From: a virus
Lineage: Duplodnaviria > Caudoviricetes
DNA: 25,433 bases
IMG/VR virus record: IMGVR_UViG_3300037786_000035
Location: 1 to 25,433 of that record
Reading direction: 5' to 3' (one strand)
In this document: in pieces, positions 23,559-25,433 of the stretch
Layout: each line of letters begins with the position of its first letter
Position numbering within the stretch: position 1 is the stretch's first letter
Translations under genes and position numbers: made by a program
The notes under the pieces: model-generated
Told to the model about the DNA's origin: nothing
Database searches by the model: none
Seen by the model: the letters and a program-made list of their open reading frames with translations, nothing else

Positions 23559-24047
23559 ATGGCAGTCGTCAACACCAACACCGAAAAGATCCTCCGCTTC
23601 GACGACGGGGGCAAGATCATCATCACCCCCGAGGGGAGCAGCGACGACTACGCCGTGCTGCTCGTCGAGGCCGGCAGCGTCAACCTCGGCTTCGGCGTCC
23701 GCGCCACCATGCCGCACGACATCGACCGCGGGCAGCTGCTCGACGATACCCGCGAGGGCGACGAGCAGCCCTCGACGCTGACCTTCAACGTCAAGCACAC
23801 CGGCGGGATCGGCGCGACCGACCTGCTCACGATGCTCAACGCCGAGGGCGACGACGGCTACCTGCCGAAGTTCTCGATCGACGTCGAGTGGTACGACTCG
23901 AGCGCCCGAACCACCGGCACACGCTACCCGATGACCAACGCCGTCCGCGCCGCCGCGGCCCAGATCATCCCGGGCGCCGAGTACGACCAGCTGCAGGTCA
24001 GCTTCACCAGCCCCAACCGCATCACCCCCGAGGCGATCAGCGCCTGA
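23559..24047 (+). CDS. Probable tail tube (major tail) protein
   Basis: 162 aa, acidic, beta-rich, directly upstream of the frameshifted chaperone pair. Confidence 0.65.
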   Translation: MAVVNTNTEKILRFDDGGKIIITPEGSSDDYAVLLVEAGSVNLGFGVRATMPHDIDRGQLLDDTREGDEQPSTLTFNVKHTGGIGATDLLTMLNAEGDDGYLPKFSIDVEWYDSSARTTGTRYPMTNAVRAAAAQIIPGAEYDQLQVSFTSPNRITPEAISA

Positions 24048-24082
24048 TCACCAGCCCCCAACCCAGAGGATACGGACATCCG

Positions 24083-24565
24083 ATGAGCGACCAACCAGAA
24101 GCCCAGACACCCAAAGACACCGCACCCACCAGACCCACCGCCGCCGAGATCGTCAAGCTCGACCCGTCGGCCGTCGACCTCGAGCCGATCTGCTTCAACG
24201 ACGACCAGGCCCTCGAGCTCGCCCACCCCAAGCCCTCGCCGCCGCTGATCAAGGACCCGACCAAGGGGTCCAACGCTCAGAAGGTGCCGAACTACAGCGA
24301 CGCGGCGTACCTCCGATCGTTCTCGGCGTGGAACGACCGCCTCGAGCTGCTCCGCTTCCTGGTCGCCGCCGGCGTCACGCTCGGCGGGCTCGACTGGGCG
24401 ACCGCCAACCGCGACGGCTCGGGCGAGCAGTGGTGCACGGGCATGATCAACACCGTCGGCTCGTCGGCCAGCAGCCGCTGGGTGAACGCCGCGATCAAGC
24501 GGCTCGAGGAGGTCAGCCTGCCCGAGCTCGTCGCGGACGCCGCAAAAAACTCTTCCGCCCCGTAG
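24083..24565 (+). CDS. Tail assembly chaperone (gpG-like, 160 aa)
   Basis: GAGGA RBS; ends ...DAAKNSSAP with a slippery heptamer near the stop. Confidence 0.75.
   Translation: MSDQPEAQTPKDTAPTRPTAAEIVKLDPSAVDLEPICFNDDQALELAHPKPSPPLIKDPTKGSNAQKVPNYSDAAYLRSFSAWNDRLELLRFLVAAGVTLGGLDWATANRDGSGEQWCTGMINTVGSSASSRWVNAAIKRLEEVSLPELVADAAKNSSAP
24544..24550 (+). other. Programmed -1 frameshift site A AAA AAC
   Basis: X XXY YYZ heptamer in the correct phase (GCA AAA AAC); the -1 frame stays open to 24831. Confidence 0.8.
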
Positions 24566-24831
24566 AGGCCGGGGCACTCACCAAGCAGGCCCGCAGCCGG
24601 GCAGCCCGCTCGGAGCTGCCCGAGCACTACGCGCTGACCAGCCGCCACCACGACCTGCGGATCCTCCGCGCGTTCCCCCACGTCGCCGCGGCCTACCCCG
24701 GCGGCAACCTCGACGCGATGCCGATGCGGCAGCGGGCCGAGCTCATTGTGTTCCTCGACACCGAGGACGAGATCCGCCGGCGCGAGCTGGCCGCCGTGAT
24801 CACCGCCGCGAGCATCCCCCCGATCCCATGA
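24550..24831 (+). CDS. gpT-like frameshift extension of the chaperone (fusion about 249 aa)
   Basis: -1 frame LFRPVEAG...IPPIP has no start of its own near the shift site and ends in an ATGA overlap with the next gene. Confidence 0.7.
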   Translation, partial: LFRPVEAGALTKQARSRAARSELPEHYALTSRHHDLRILRAFPHVAAAYPGGNLDAMPMRQRAELIVFLDTEDEIRRRELAAVITAASIPPIP

Positions 24832-25433
24832 CCACCCGCACCGTCATCAAGACCGACACGATGTGGCGGAACATCCGCGCCACGCAGGCGGCCTCGCGCG
24901 CCGCACGCGACGCGTCGGGCGTCGAGATGGTCCGGGTGTTCACCGACGCGGTCGACGAGCTCACGCCCAAGGACACCAACCGCGCCGCCAACGGATGGCG
25001 CGACGCCGCCCGCAAGGCCGGACTCCGCGACGTGCAGCTGCTCCCGCTCCGGCCGTCCAAGAGCCGGGCGAAGTACCTCGAGCAGCTCGAGAAGCAGCTC
25101 AACTACTTCGTCGCCCAGGTCGACCGGGCGGACAGCTGGATCGACAAGTACGACCGCGAGGACGCGACGCGCCACAGCCGCCGCAAGAAGAACGGCAAGC
25201 TGCCCAAGCGCCGGCGCTCGCAGCCGTTCTACAAGAAGCAGAAATCCATCCGACGCAAGGCGGCGAAGAACGCCGTCCGCGTCGCCGAGGAGCTCGCCAA
25301 AGCCGAGGGCAGCGAGCACGCGATCTTCTTCGACGCCGAGTCCTACGCCCAGCGCAGGCGCAACCGGGCGTTCACCACCGTCCGCGACAAGGTCTACGGC
25401 GGCGACGCCGAGGTCCACCTCGACCGGGCCCGC
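24828..25433 (+). CDS. HK97 gp10-like tail/neck protein, truncated by the window end
   Basis: MTTRTVIK...LTPKDTNRAANGW resembles the TPVDTG..R.SW motif. Missing from the ORF track because no stop lies in the window. Confidence 0.6.
   Translation, partial: MTTRTVIKTDTMWRNIRATQAASRAARDASGVEMVRVFTDAVDELTPKDTNRAANGWRDAARKAGLRDVQLLPLRPSKSRAKYLEQLEKQLNYFVAQVDRADSWIDKYDREDATRHSRRKKNGKLPKRRRSQPFYKKQKSIRRKAAKNAVRVAEELAKAEGSEHAIFFDAESYAQRRRNRAFTTVRDKVYGGDAEVHLDRAR

Larger units (their letters stand above)
1..25433 (+). mobile_element. Temperate lambda-like tailed phage, partial genome, attP (non-integrated) configuration
   Basis: Integrase, attP, primase-helicase, GpA-type terminase, lambda-family portal, S49 protease, capsid and tail genes are co-oriented with frequent ATGA overlaps. 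No host housekeeping genes are present. Confidence 0.95.

Noticed and set aside
1-25433. Diversity-generating retroelement, retron, CRISPR-Cas or known defence operon
   Set aside because: No reverse transcriptase, cas gene, repeat-spacer array or recognisable defence gene seen.

Overview
The whole window is part of a high-GC, lambda-like temperate phage genome. Almost every credible gene is on the + strand. From left to right it holds: small early genes; xis/AlpA and a tyrosine integrase; an intact attP carrying the 3' half of tRNA-Leu(CAG), its terminator and arm-type repeats; a 1066-aa Toprim/D5 primase-helicase; an accessory cluster (HD-domain, Zn-finger, HNH); a counter-oriented cassette (leaderless membrane-protein gene plus a ~67-nt RNA with its own promoter and terminator); a candidate cos region; a phage sigma factor; a DNA methyltransferase; lambda-type head genes (TerS, GpA, gpW-like, portal, S49 protease with nested scaffold, DUF2190, major capsid); and tail genes including a -1 frameshifted chaperone. 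Phage genes flank the tRNA fragment on both sides, so this looks like the free or excised form rather than an integrated prophage. The most interesting signals are the standalone small RNA whose first 32 nt loosely resemble a single CRISPR repeat, attP splitting the xis-int-primase run, and three related palindromes inside an early gene. No repressor, tape measure protein or endolysin is visible. All family assignments come from motif recognition by eye, not from database searches.
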